64,000 bases of DNA from an uncultured Woeseiaceae bacterium (GTDB lineage: Bacteria > Pseudomonadota > Gammaproteobacteria > Steroidobacterales > Woeseiaceae), in NCBI GenBank assembly GCA_964403695.1, contig CAYOHF010000001.1, positions 38,181 to 102,180 on the forward strand. The letters are read 5' to 3'. The position numbers were made by a program, and so were the translations under genes. Positions within the stretch are counted from its first letter, which is position 1; every line of letters starts with the position of its first letter. Positions 47,401 to 54,845 of the stretch are shown here, in pieces. The notes under the pieces are model-generated. The model worked only from the letters and a program-made list of their open reading frames with translations, did not search any database and was not told the DNA's origin.

Positions 47401-48247
47401 GCAACTGGCCGAGGGCATTTGGCAGGCCGGTTTCCGGGAACAGGTTGCTTATGTTGCGGCCACCACGTTCAAAGACCCTGAAAATGTCGCCAGGTTTGAC
47501 GGATTCCCACACCGGCAATGGGTATAAGGCCGGAATAATGCCGGCATCCAGCAGCGCTTGCTTGTGTGCGTCTGCCACGGTTGGTCCATGCAGGATGACC
47601 GGGTTACCATCCTCATCGTACGACTCGCCGAGGATGTAATTCTTGAAAGGCAGAATGCCGTTGTTATAGGCGGCACCGCCCCACAACATTGCGCCCGTCG
47701 CATGCATGCTGCGTATCGAAGCTTCAATTGTCGATTGATGACATGCGCCGCAAGCGTCATTCGCAACGCGGTAGTCCGATGGATTCATGAAGCGAACAAA
47801 CTCACGGCTTTCGCGATTCAGCAACGTATAAGTTCGCTCCGGGTTGGCACTGTGTGGCAGATGCCATGATTCCGGGTACAACGGCAACACGTGTGCTTGT
47901 TCGACTGCCGCCGCGTAATCCGGGCTGCCATGCGTAGTGCCGACGCTAATGGATACTGCGGCATTACCGCCATGGCAATCCGTGCAACCGAGTTGTACAG
48001 CAGGGCTAACATGCATGGACTTGCTGTCGGTCTCCGTGTGACAGGACAAACAACCCCCACTTTTCGCATCTGCGTCGGCTACGGTCTGGTTGGCTGGCGC
48101 CGGGGGCGTCTCTGCATAATCGCGCTTGACCGGTTTTTCACCTTCTGCGGCCGACGCGATCAGGGCGGAAAACAAAACTGACGCCAGTACAAAAGTGCAA
48201 ACCTGCAGCGACATTTTCGGCACACGTTTCATTATTGATCTTTTCAT
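44447..48247 (-). CDS. 1266-aa decahaem c-type cytochrome fused to a C-terminal LVIVD-repeat beta-propeller
   Basis: Signal peptide. Ten CXXCH motifs (CLSCH, CTDCH, CGACH, CSSCH, CMVCH, CVDCH, CKDCH, CYTCH, CGGCH, CVDCH) lie in the first about 830 aa. Six LVIVD-type repeats follow (YLYVAEGKKGFNVYDV, YAFIIDAEEGLILVNV, YLYITTDSGVKIISVDDP, YLFVTSGAGLSVIDVTDP, YAYIAAGADGLVIVDAERP, FAYVADGANGIKIVQLTSP). Confidence 0.85.
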   Translation of the reverse strand: MKRSIMKRVPKMSLQVCTFVLASVLFSALIASAAEGEKPVKRDYAETPPAPANQTVADADAKSGGCLSCHTETDSKSMHVSPAVQLGCTDCHGGNAAVSISVGTTHGSPDYAAAVEQAHVLPLYPESWHLPHSANPERTYTLLNRESREFVRFMNPSDYRVANDACGACHQSTIEASIRSMHATGAMLWGGAAYNNGILPFKNYILGESYDEDGNPVILHGPTVADAHKQALLDAGIIPALYPLPVWESVKPGDIFRVFERGGRNISNLFPETGLPNALGQLQRIEEPGRPDFRQSNRGPGTGGRISVPLINITKTRLNDPFTWFMGTNDQPGDYRQSGCSSCHSVYANDRDPRHSGVYAQFGHEGKTQTVDPTINKDESGHPLKHTFTRAVPTSQCMVCHMHQPNMFMNSYLGYTMWDYESDAPAMWPEEQQYPTIAEQREILDRNPEGAAVRGNWADVEFLKRVSEMNSELNDTQFADYHGHGWNFRAVFKRDRKGNLLDDEGAVVSDEDPEKFAKAVHMSSIHVDVGMHCVDCHFSQDNHGNGHIYGEVALAVEVDCKDCHGTAQSYPNLYTSGPAALSGGADLEALRTPDGRRRFEWQNDVLYQRSMLDPELEWQLSLVKDSVTPGHENYNEKAARAKLMSKDTGTQLWGTNVSTDNLAHSNDEIECYTCHTSWTTSCGGCHLPIEANWKTDRHHYEGGESRNYATYNPQVARDQMFLIGRRGEAKSGKIAPVRSSSALVLSSTNSNRERIYVQQPPISASGFSSQAFNPHFPHTARKTETKTCVDCHLSGENDNNAIMAQLLAQGTNFVNFIGFNAYVGGQGEISAVTVTEWEEPQAVIGSYLHRYAYPDFYQKHLDNGAELEEAYQHGAGTAQCLQLRGEYLYVAEGKKGFNVYDVAGIANKGISQRIISSPFSAVGQDTHIKTKNATCVALPTNQNINPARNEGDLMRIDNLEQVIHPLYDYAFIIDAEEGLILVNVNTLVDGEPRNNDLERALSWNPDGVLNGARHITVGGYYLYITTDSGVKIISVDDPLHPELIATVALDDARASVLQFRYLFVTSGAGLSVIDVTDPGSARLIENNTIALSNAHKVFVARTYAYIAAGADGLVIVDAERPEALVELTRFDANGALNDARDVVVATTNASLFAYVADGANGIKIVQLTSPDLQPKFYGFSPEPVPDLIASYETSKTALSLSRGLERDRGVDETGGQVAVFGRRGSRPLNLEEMRRLYLDESGKPWFVDDAAKETAPEDVATTDAGE

Positions 48248-48262
48248 AATTACACCAGCACT

Positions 48263-50140
48263 CTAGTAAGCCAGCACGAGATTCAGGAGGAAATAACCGG
48301 CGTCTTCATCCGGAAACAGGTCATCGAAGCCATCCTCGGCAATGAGTTGTGCGTACGAGGCACGAACTACAATGTTCTGTGACATGAGCGGTCGGTAGGT
48401 CAGCGACGCAGAAACATCATGACCAATGTGATCGTCGATCTCGGCTTGGTTGCGCGCCGCTTCCAGCACCTCGGTATGTACGAAAAAGAGGCTATTGAAG
48501 TTAAGCGACAAGCGCAGTTTTGGTGTCAGGTCCATGTCCGCACCAAGGCCGACAAGAATGACGCCCGGGTTGGTGAAGTTCGACTGCCCCTGTTCCTTGG
48601 AGGAACGCAAGCTATTCAATACGCCGTTACGACTCGACAATGCGACCCGACCACCACCGATCAGCGGTACAGCCTGACGAATCCAGTAGCTGGTGTCGGC
48701 ACCGGCGAACTGCGGGTTTTCGAAAATCGCGTCAAAACCTGTCGCTTTGTCGTCATACGGATCATCGTCGCCACTACCGTACAGTGCCGAAATGCGTGGC
48801 CGGAACCAGTCAAAGTCCATCGAAAACTCGAGCGCCGCGAAGCCTGCGCTAATTTCCACATCGTCGTCGACAAAAACGCCCGGTGAGATATCACCAAACG
48901 CGTAGTACAGGGACGTCGACATATTCAGGCGCCCAAAATGGCCATCGCCGCTGTAACCGACATAATAAACGTCGTAGTCACGCGGCGTTTCCCGGCCAAA
49001 CGATGCGGGCCTCTGGATGAAGTCGTTTTCATCGAAAAACGACCCCGACCCTTCCCGGTTGCGGTTATAGACAATGGTCGCCTGTGAGGTAAATCCGCGT
49101 ACCGGCATGTCCTGCCAGTAAAGGTTGGCAACGAATACATCATCGTCGCGTATATCCTCACTAACGTCATTCAGGCCACTGTTGGTATCTTTTTCAAGGC
49201 GCCGGAACCACGCGAGGTTGTACTGGAAGATATTGTTGTTCCGGGTGCCGAACAGGCGTACGCCCAGCTGGTTGTCCTGGAAAAGAAAACCGCGAAAATC
49301 GGAAGAGAACGGCTGGATGCCGATACGGATACTGTCGAAATCGTAACGTTCCGATACGTTGCGCAGATGTTTGTCGAAGAAGGCAGCCTGTATACCGACG
49401 TGATTGTCGCTGCGTGTCGTACCGTTTACCGGATTTGCGTTAAGGCCAAGAACTTCATCGATCGACGCATAATTGAAATTGAATACTGGCGTGAAACGAA
49501 ACTCATAGTCAGGTGGTCGGAATACGGTGTCGCCTTTGTAGTAGACAAACTCCGTTGCGAGGTTCTCGACCAGCGCATATTGATCGGCGCTGCCGAAAAC
49601 ATCGATACTGCCTGGCGCATTGGTGCTGCTGCCGCCAACCGGCGTAGGCACTTCGCGGACCTCGTAGACTGAATCCGAAATTATCGTAATGTTGAAAAAT
49701 TTGTCGTCCTTGACCGGCCTGTCGGCCTTGAGGATGTTGCGGTTGTACGGATCCCATATACTTTCGGTGTAGCCAATCGCATCGACTATGCGCCAGCGAT
49801 CGGGCAATGGCACAGAAGACACATAGTCGTTCATGCCTGGTCGTGGCACGGGTGAGGCAGCGTTTCTCGTTCGCTCCGGTCGACCGGCCTGCTCGCGTGT
49901 ATCAAGCGTCAGGTCTGCCCTGCGGCTTGCATCGGACACTTCCGGCGCCGCTGCGGCGTCCTCACCTGCCTGCGGTGCAGCTGGTGCAGGGCAGGGAACC
50001 TCGCTGTATCCGGGTCGGCGGCGGGTAACGATTCGACCATCGTCATCCTGGTAGCAGGTCTCCTGCGCGAGCGCACTCGGTGCTGCGATAAAGCTACTGC
50101 CGGTCGCTATGATGGCTGCTGCGAGAATGCGGTGAATCAT
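48263..50140 (-). CDS. large predicted outer-membrane beta-barrel protein
   Basis: Signal peptide from MIHRILAAAIIATGSSFIAAPSALA. A Pro/Ala-rich linker is followed by about 500 aa with alternating hydrophobic beta-strand periodicity rich in Y/F/G/D/N. The C-terminus is ...YFLLNLVLAY (terminal aromatic). The track start at 50290 would overlap the upstream gene. Confidence 0.6.
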   Translation of the reverse strand: MIHRILAAAIIATGSSFIAAPSALAQETCYQDDDGRIVTRRRPGYSEVPCPAPAAPQAGEDAAAAPEVSDASRRADLTLDTREQAGRPERTRNAASPVPRPGMNDYVSSVPLPDRWRIVDAIGYTESIWDPYNRNILKADRPVKDDKFFNITIISDSVYEVREVPTPVGGSSTNAPGSIDVFGSADQYALVENLATEFVYYKGDTVFRPPDYEFRFTPVFNFNYASIDEVLGLNANPVNGTTRSDNHVGIQAAFFDKHLRNVSERYDFDSIRIGIQPFSSDFRGFLFQDNQLGVRLFGTRNNNIFQYNLAWFRRLEKDTNSGLNDVSEDIRDDDVFVANLYWQDMPVRGFTSQATIVYNRNREGSGSFFDENDFIQRPASFGRETPRDYDVYYVGYSGDGHFGRLNMSTSLYYAFGDISPGVFVDDDVEISAGFAALEFSMDFDWFRPRISALYGSGDDDPYDDKATGFDAIFENPQFAGADTSYWIRQAVPLIGGGRVALSSRNGVLNSLRSSKEQGQSNFTNPGVILVGLGADMDLTPKLRLSLNFNSLFFVHTEVLEAARNQAEIDDHIGHDVSASLTYRPLMSQNIVVRASYAQLIAEDGFDDLFPDEDAGYFLLNLVLAY

Positions 50141-50177
50141 TTTGCAGTTGCCGAGCTCAAGGTTCATTCCGGCCCCC

Positions 50178-52229
50178 CTATTTCGCGTCGCAGACATTGT
50201 CGTCTCCCGTCGCAATAAATGGTGCTTGCGGACATTGCACGTAGCGCAAGCGAACGCCCTGCGGTGTGAGATTGTCCGCACGCCGGTCAATCGGCGCGTT
50301 ACCGACGCCGTTACCGAGTTCCAGACCTGCGTTGTGCAGTCCGAGGAAAGAAATCATGTCGTCCTGGTCGATACCGTCGCCGGATACGCCGATACCACCT
50401 ACCAACGTACCATTTCGATAAATGGGCACACTACCGGGGAAGATCTGCAGGCCATTGCCGACGCGGTTGTTCGTAACAGTCGGGGCGAAGGTCAGGGTAT
50501 TGGGATCAACCAGTTCAACGCCGGCGCAGATCGGCCCGACATCGGCAGCGATAATGCCAGCAGCAAAAAGTACATGCTGCAATACGGCGTTGTATGAGAC
50601 GTCCAGTTGCAGCCCGGTAGAAAACGGGCTCCACTGTCCTGCGGCTTTGCTCAACGGACCCGCTCCGTTGGTATCAATGCCATCCGGGTAGTAAGGCCGC
50701 GACAGGTTGCCGCCGGCACGGTCCGAAAAAGCTACCAGCCCATTGGTCAGTGCATCGGGGTCGCCGAGAAAAGCCTGCAGTGCAGTAACGTAGTCATCGA
50801 TTACAACCGGCAGTGAGAACGCCGGACCAGCATCGCTTGTCGTCAGGTAGCTGACGTCCGGCAGTGCGGTGAGAAAATCCGCTGCGGTCGCGGATGAGAA
50901 AAAAGTTGCTGTACGCGCTTTTTGTAATGAAACGTCGGCACCGAATACCGGCGCGTCGCGACTACGCACCATGCCAAGAATTTCACCCTCGGTGTCGACG
51001 ACTGAAATCGTAACTCGTGCAAAAGTGCTTAATGGCTGGCGAATTTGCGCGCGGGCCCGGGTCGCTACGTCGAGCGCATTGCGCAAGATTGTTGTTACGT
51101 CATTCTGCGTCAGTTCATCGCCTGCGAGCGCCGCGCCATCCGTGCCACCAATCGGCGGATAACGGGGTGTTCCTGCTGAATCGACAAAAACGAACGCATC
51201 CAGGCCGGGAAACAGGTTGGCAGCATCTGGTGCTATGCCAGAGGCGTTTGTGCCAAAAAGTGTTCCGTCACGAATAACACCATCGGTGTAACCGACCACG
51301 CTAAGCAAGGCGCCGGTCGCAACCGGAAGCGTGGCAAAGGCGGGCGCAGATGCCGGATCACTTGCGAGGTCTGAAAATCCAACATCACTAAAACGAAACG
51401 TCTTGCCCTCGACGGTAATCTGGTCGCCACGCCGGTCCTGCGGTGCGGCAAAGCCGAAGGTCGCAGCATAGGCGATCATTTCGTCAGCATCGCGGTCACT
51501 GTCGGTTATGACCGGATCAGCTCCGTAAACGCCATCGGCGATAACGCCGACGCCACCGACCACGGTGCCATCTTTATACAGCGGGAAGCCACCCGGATCC
51601 GCCGCCAGGCCCAGCGGTGATCTGTGAGGGCCTGCACTGACGCCAATACCGTCAAATGGCTGGGTAAAATCGGAACAAGCCAGCTGGCTGAACTGGACGC
51701 CAAACAAGGGTCCGCCAGGTTGAAACTGTTCTCCCGGATTGAAATGGTCCTGCACGATCTGGCTTGCGGTTCGGCTCGAAAACGCATTGCCCTCGGAGGA
51801 CAGGTAGGCACCGGTTACTGCTTTTGCGATTGCTGCGAGGTCATCCAGGTTTGCCGCAACCGGAGCAACCGGCAATAGGATGCCCTCCAGACCCGCGGTG
51901 ACCGGTGTCGCACCGCCGACGCCGGCTGTCGTTGATATCAGTACATCACGATTGGCGGCGTTGCCCATGCGATAAACCGCCAGGACATTGCCAACCCGGT
52001 CAACGACTGCCACGGTAGCTTCAACATTTTGTGCCTGTGCTTCGGCGACTGCTTGTGCAATTACCTGCTCGACATCGGCGACCAGCATTCCGGCAGCCGT
52101 CGCTGCACAATTGCCATCACAATTGTTTCCCGAATCGGTCCCCGCATCGCTACTGGTCGGGCTGCCACCCGAACACGCTGACAGAATAAGAATCCACAGA
52201 GGCAAAAACAGCTTATTGCGATTTTTCAT
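50178..52229 (-). CDS. lipoprotein with two GlcG/HbpS-like (DUF336, haem-binding-type) domains
   Basis: Lipobox LILSACSG. Two copies of the DUF336 pattern are present: (1) VAVVDRVGNVLAVYRM...GGFPLYKDGTVVGGVGVIADG; (2) ISVVDTEGEILGMVRSRDAP.FGADVSLQKARTA..F...GSVPIYRNGTLVGGIGVSGDGIDQDD. Confidence 0.7.
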   Translation of the reverse strand: MKNRNKLFLPLWILILSACSGGSPTSSDAGTDSGNNCDGNCAATAAGMLVADVEQVIAQAVAEAQAQNVEATVAVVDRVGNVLAVYRMGNAANRDVLISTTAGVGGATPVTAGLEGILLPVAPVAANLDDLAAIAKAVTGAYLSSEGNAFSSRTASQIVQDHFNPGEQFQPGGPLFGVQFSQLACSDFTQPFDGIGVSAGPHRSPLGLAADPGGFPLYKDGTVVGGVGVIADGVYGADPVITDSDRDADEMIAYAATFGFAAPQDRRGDQITVEGKTFRFSDVGFSDLASDPASAPAFATLPVATGALLSVVGYTDGVIRDGTLFGTNASGIAPDAANLFPGLDAFVFVDSAGTPRYPPIGGTDGAALAGDELTQNDVTTILRNALDVATRARAQIRQPLSTFARVTISVVDTEGEILGMVRSRDAPVFGADVSLQKARTATFFSSATAADFLTALPDVSYLTTSDAGPAFSLPVVIDDYVTALQAFLGDPDALTNGLVAFSDRAGGNLSRPYYPDGIDTNGAGPLSKAAGQWSPFSTGLQLDVSYNAVLQHVLFAAGIIAADVGPICAGVELVDPNTLTFAPTVTNNRVGNGLQIFPGSVPIYRNGTLVGGIGVSGDGIDQDDMISFLGLHNAGLELGNGVGNAPIDRRADNLTPQGVRLRYVQCPQAPFIATGDDNVCDAK

Positions 52230-53947
52230 GGCTGACTCGTTTCTATAGTGGCGGTGTAGTCACTGGCAAATGGATGATAGGAATGACAATCGATACAACT
52301 TGTCGTCACACGTTCCGGCGTTGGTTTATCGCTGTGGCATGCCAGGCAGGTATCGATGTCCGGAATAAGCAAATCGATGCTCTGCGACGATTGATCGGCG
52401 CCGTGACAAACCAGGCAAGCCGCGTCACCGGTCTTCTCATTCATTACCTGGTGGGAAAGGTGATCGAAGCGGCCCGCGGAAAAATAATCGGTGGCCAGTC
52501 GCACCGGGTGTACCTGGTAGCGCGCATAAATTTCACTGTTCACATGTTCCTCGACGATATGGCAGCTGACACACCCTCTTACCGTGAACTGCTCGCGAAT
52601 ATCCTCTGCCGCCGCCTGCGCTGCACAATTGAACGCGGTATCGACACACTCACGTGTGCTGTTGTCCTTATCGGGAATTCTGCGCCGTACGACGGCCTCC
52701 TGTGGCACGCTCGGATCGCTGAACTTACGCAAATACTGGCCCTCCAGCGCGAACATGACTTCTACCGGCTGACCATGTGGCAAGAGGCGATCCGGCATGG
52801 TCGGGTCAAACGTTAGTTCGTGACACTCAACACATTGCGTTTCCATTGTTATTGGCACGAAATGTTCCCGGTCCAGGGAAAGTTCGTGACAATTTCCGCA
52901 GCCAAGCGGGTTGCCATCGCGCAGGTCGGTAACCAGTTCTGCATCCAGGTGCGTGTCATGCGGAAACTTGAGGTTCGACATTTCTACCGCGTTGCTGACC
53001 GCTTCACTTTGTTCCTGCCACTCGAAAGACAGTCCGGTTCCGGCTCGACTGCTGACTGGTTTCAGCAACGTTGCGGCAAAAGCAGGATGATCGGTCTCGG
53101 AAAAACCTGATACCGACGCAATACTTCCGGCAACTGACAACTGATCGGAATCGATATGACAATCGGTACACAATGAATCCGCGCGAATGATCAGGTGTGG
53201 CTCGGGTTCATTGTGTTCCAGATGACAACTTGCACAGCGGGGCGTCGGCTCGAGTGTACTTATTGCCGCCATCGTGTCGGCATGCACATGATCATTGATG
53301 CGCTCGTGACAATTTAGGCAGGCTGTATCCTGCACGCGCTCGAAATTCTGCATGTGACACTGACGACAGTCATCGCCGATCGCAAGTGTATGTGCCGGAT
53401 GCAAAGGACCGCTGGTCCAGAATGCGTCGCTGGGAATCCAGGCCGTATCCGCAAAGCTGTCATCACCGCTACTTTTGAGAAACATTGGCAGCAGGAACGC
53501 GAGCACGATCAATAGACCCGAGATTGTCCAGGCGGCAGAGCGGATGGAGAACCAGGATTGGTAAAGGTCTGTGCGAAATGCGCTCTCGAAAACGCTGGCA
53601 TCGACATTCGCGTCGAGCTCGATCTGGATACCGTGGTCAAAACCCGCCGGTGCGTCTACGAGCATGAGCCGATTGCCACCGATTTCAATAACGTCCCCGG
53701 TTGACAGCGTTGCCGACGTAAGCTCTTCACCGTTGACCAAAACGTTGTAACCGCGGCGACATTTAATCGCCAGCCCGCCCGGCGCAGCCGTGAGCTCTGC
53801 ATGTTCCGCGCCGACGTTATTCCCCAGCACCTGGATCGAGCGGTCCGGGGCACTGCCGAGCGTAATCGTATCCGCGGAGACTTCGACATCGCGATATTCG
53901 GCAATGCCATCGGCGCTGGGTCTTATTTCTCTTAGCAGTACATCCAC
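52226..53947 (-). CDS. FHA-like domain / single TM / decahaem c-type cytochrome fusion protein
   Basis: The N-terminal about 100 aa have an FHA-like pattern (ITLGSAPDRSIQVL...GAEHAEL....GGLAI......VLVNGEEL....L..GDVIEIGGNRLML). The TM helix is WTISGLLIVLAFLLPMFL. Ten CXXCH motifs follow (CRQCH, CLNCH, CASCH, CTDCH, CGNCH, CVECH, CVSCH, CLVCH, CLACH, CIDCH). Confidence 0.8.
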   Translation of the reverse strand: MDVLLREIRPSADGIAEYRDVEVSADTITLGSAPDRSIQVLGNNVGAEHAELTAAPGGLAIKCRRGYNVLVNGEELTSATLSTGDVIEIGGNRLMLVDAPAGFDHGIQIELDANVDASVFESAFRTDLYQSWFSIRSAAWTISGLLIVLAFLLPMFLKSSGDDSFADTAWIPSDAFWTSGPLHPAHTLAIGDDCRQCHMQNFERVQDTACLNCHERINDHVHADTMAAISTLEPTPRCASCHLEHNEPEPHLIIRADSLCTDCHIDSDQLSVAGSIASVSGFSETDHPAFAATLLKPVSSRAGTGLSFEWQEQSEAVSNAVEMSNLKFPHDTHLDAELVTDLRDGNPLGCGNCHELSLDREHFVPITMETQCVECHELTFDPTMPDRLLPHGQPVEVMFALEGQYLRKFSDPSVPQEAVVRRRIPDKDNSTRECVDTAFNCAAQAAAEDIREQFTVRGCVSCHIVEEHVNSEIYARYQVHPVRLATDYFSAGRFDHLSHQVMNEKTGDAACLVCHGADQSSQSIDLLIPDIDTCLACHSDKPTPERVTTSCIDCHSYHPFASDYTATIETSQP

Positions 53948-53951
53948 GGCA

Positions 53952-54845
53952 TCACCAGTAAATGAACGTCGTGACGATATGAATCACGAGCGCTATGAGA
54001 AGTGCGACTGATATTGGGATATGAATCAGCAGCCAGATCCTGATCCGGCCACGCAGACGAATATCGTGAGAAACCCGGCGCAATACAGCCTGACGCCGGC
54101 AAAAAACTTCGAGAAGCTCCTGTAGTAATTCGGTTTCGGCAACTTTGTTGGTTTTCGGTAAGCGACCCGCAATGAAATCGATGACAGGTTGCTGGTCCCT
54201 GTTACTAACTGGCTTGCCACCGTCGGATCTCGCGCCGGACGATGGCCGTATAAAGAGTGACTGATCCTTGCCAACCAGTTGTGCGTATGCGCCACCGCCA
54301 ATTGCGGTGCGTTCTACGGCACTACGTACTGCCAGGTTGATGTCATCAGGACTTTTTGCGCCGAGTTCGCGGGCGCGATTGTCCAGTGAGAAAAGCTCCG
54401 CGAACAGTGCCGATCGCGACGACCCGGAGCGGTTGGCAGTCATCGAATGCGGGTAGTTGATATAGGTGTAAATGCCGTAGAAACCGCTAAAGATGACGAA
54501 ACACATCATCAGGTAGGCCAGCGAGTGCACGTTCCAGCCCAGCTGCCCGGCGCTGTGCAAAGTTGCGACGATAAGCAACGCAGTCCCGAGGTAAACATGG
54601 GCGGAAGTCCAGCCAGCCACCGAGCCAAGTGACGATGAGTAACTGCGTTTCCTGATGCCCAGCATCAGCAACCAGACAATAAGGAGCGCGCCAACAGTTC
54701 CCAGGACATACCCTTGCCAGGTGCCGCCATTCGCTGGCTGAAAGCCGCCCTGGGTCGAATAAAGTATTGCTGATATCACCACCAGCACCAGTGACCACCA
54801 CAAGTAGCGGTTGTTGGCGTAACGCAGAATGCCAACATGGATCAT
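53952..54845 (-). CDS. integral membrane protein with a di-haem-b-type His-X13-His pair on two helices
   Basis: About 5 TM helices. Helix 3 is SAHVYLGTALLIVATLHS and the last helix is LIHIPISVALLIALVIHI, each with two His exactly 14 positions apart. Its start overlaps the upstream oxidoreductase stop (ATGA at 54842-54845). Confidence 0.7.
   Translation of the reverse strand: MIHVGILRYANNRYLWWSLVLVVISAILYSTQGGFQPANGGTWQGYVLGTVGALLIVWLLMLGIRKRSYSSSLGSVAGWTSAHVYLGTALLIVATLHSAGQLGWNVHSLAYLMMCFVIFSGFYGIYTYINYPHSMTANRSGSSRSALFAELFSLDNRARELGAKSPDDINLAVRSAVERTAIGGGAYAQLVGKDQSLFIRPSSGARSDGGKPVSNRDQQPVIDFIAGRLPKTNKVAETELLQELLEVFCRRQAVLRRVSHDIRLRGRIRIWLLIHIPISVALLIALVIHIVTTFIYW

Noticed and set aside
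50141-50290. N-terminal extension of the outer-membrane barrel ORF (track start 50290)
   Set aside because: The extension overlaps the 3' end of the upstream GlcG-like gene by more than 100 nt and is basic and non-signal-like. A good signal peptide begins at the Met at 50140.
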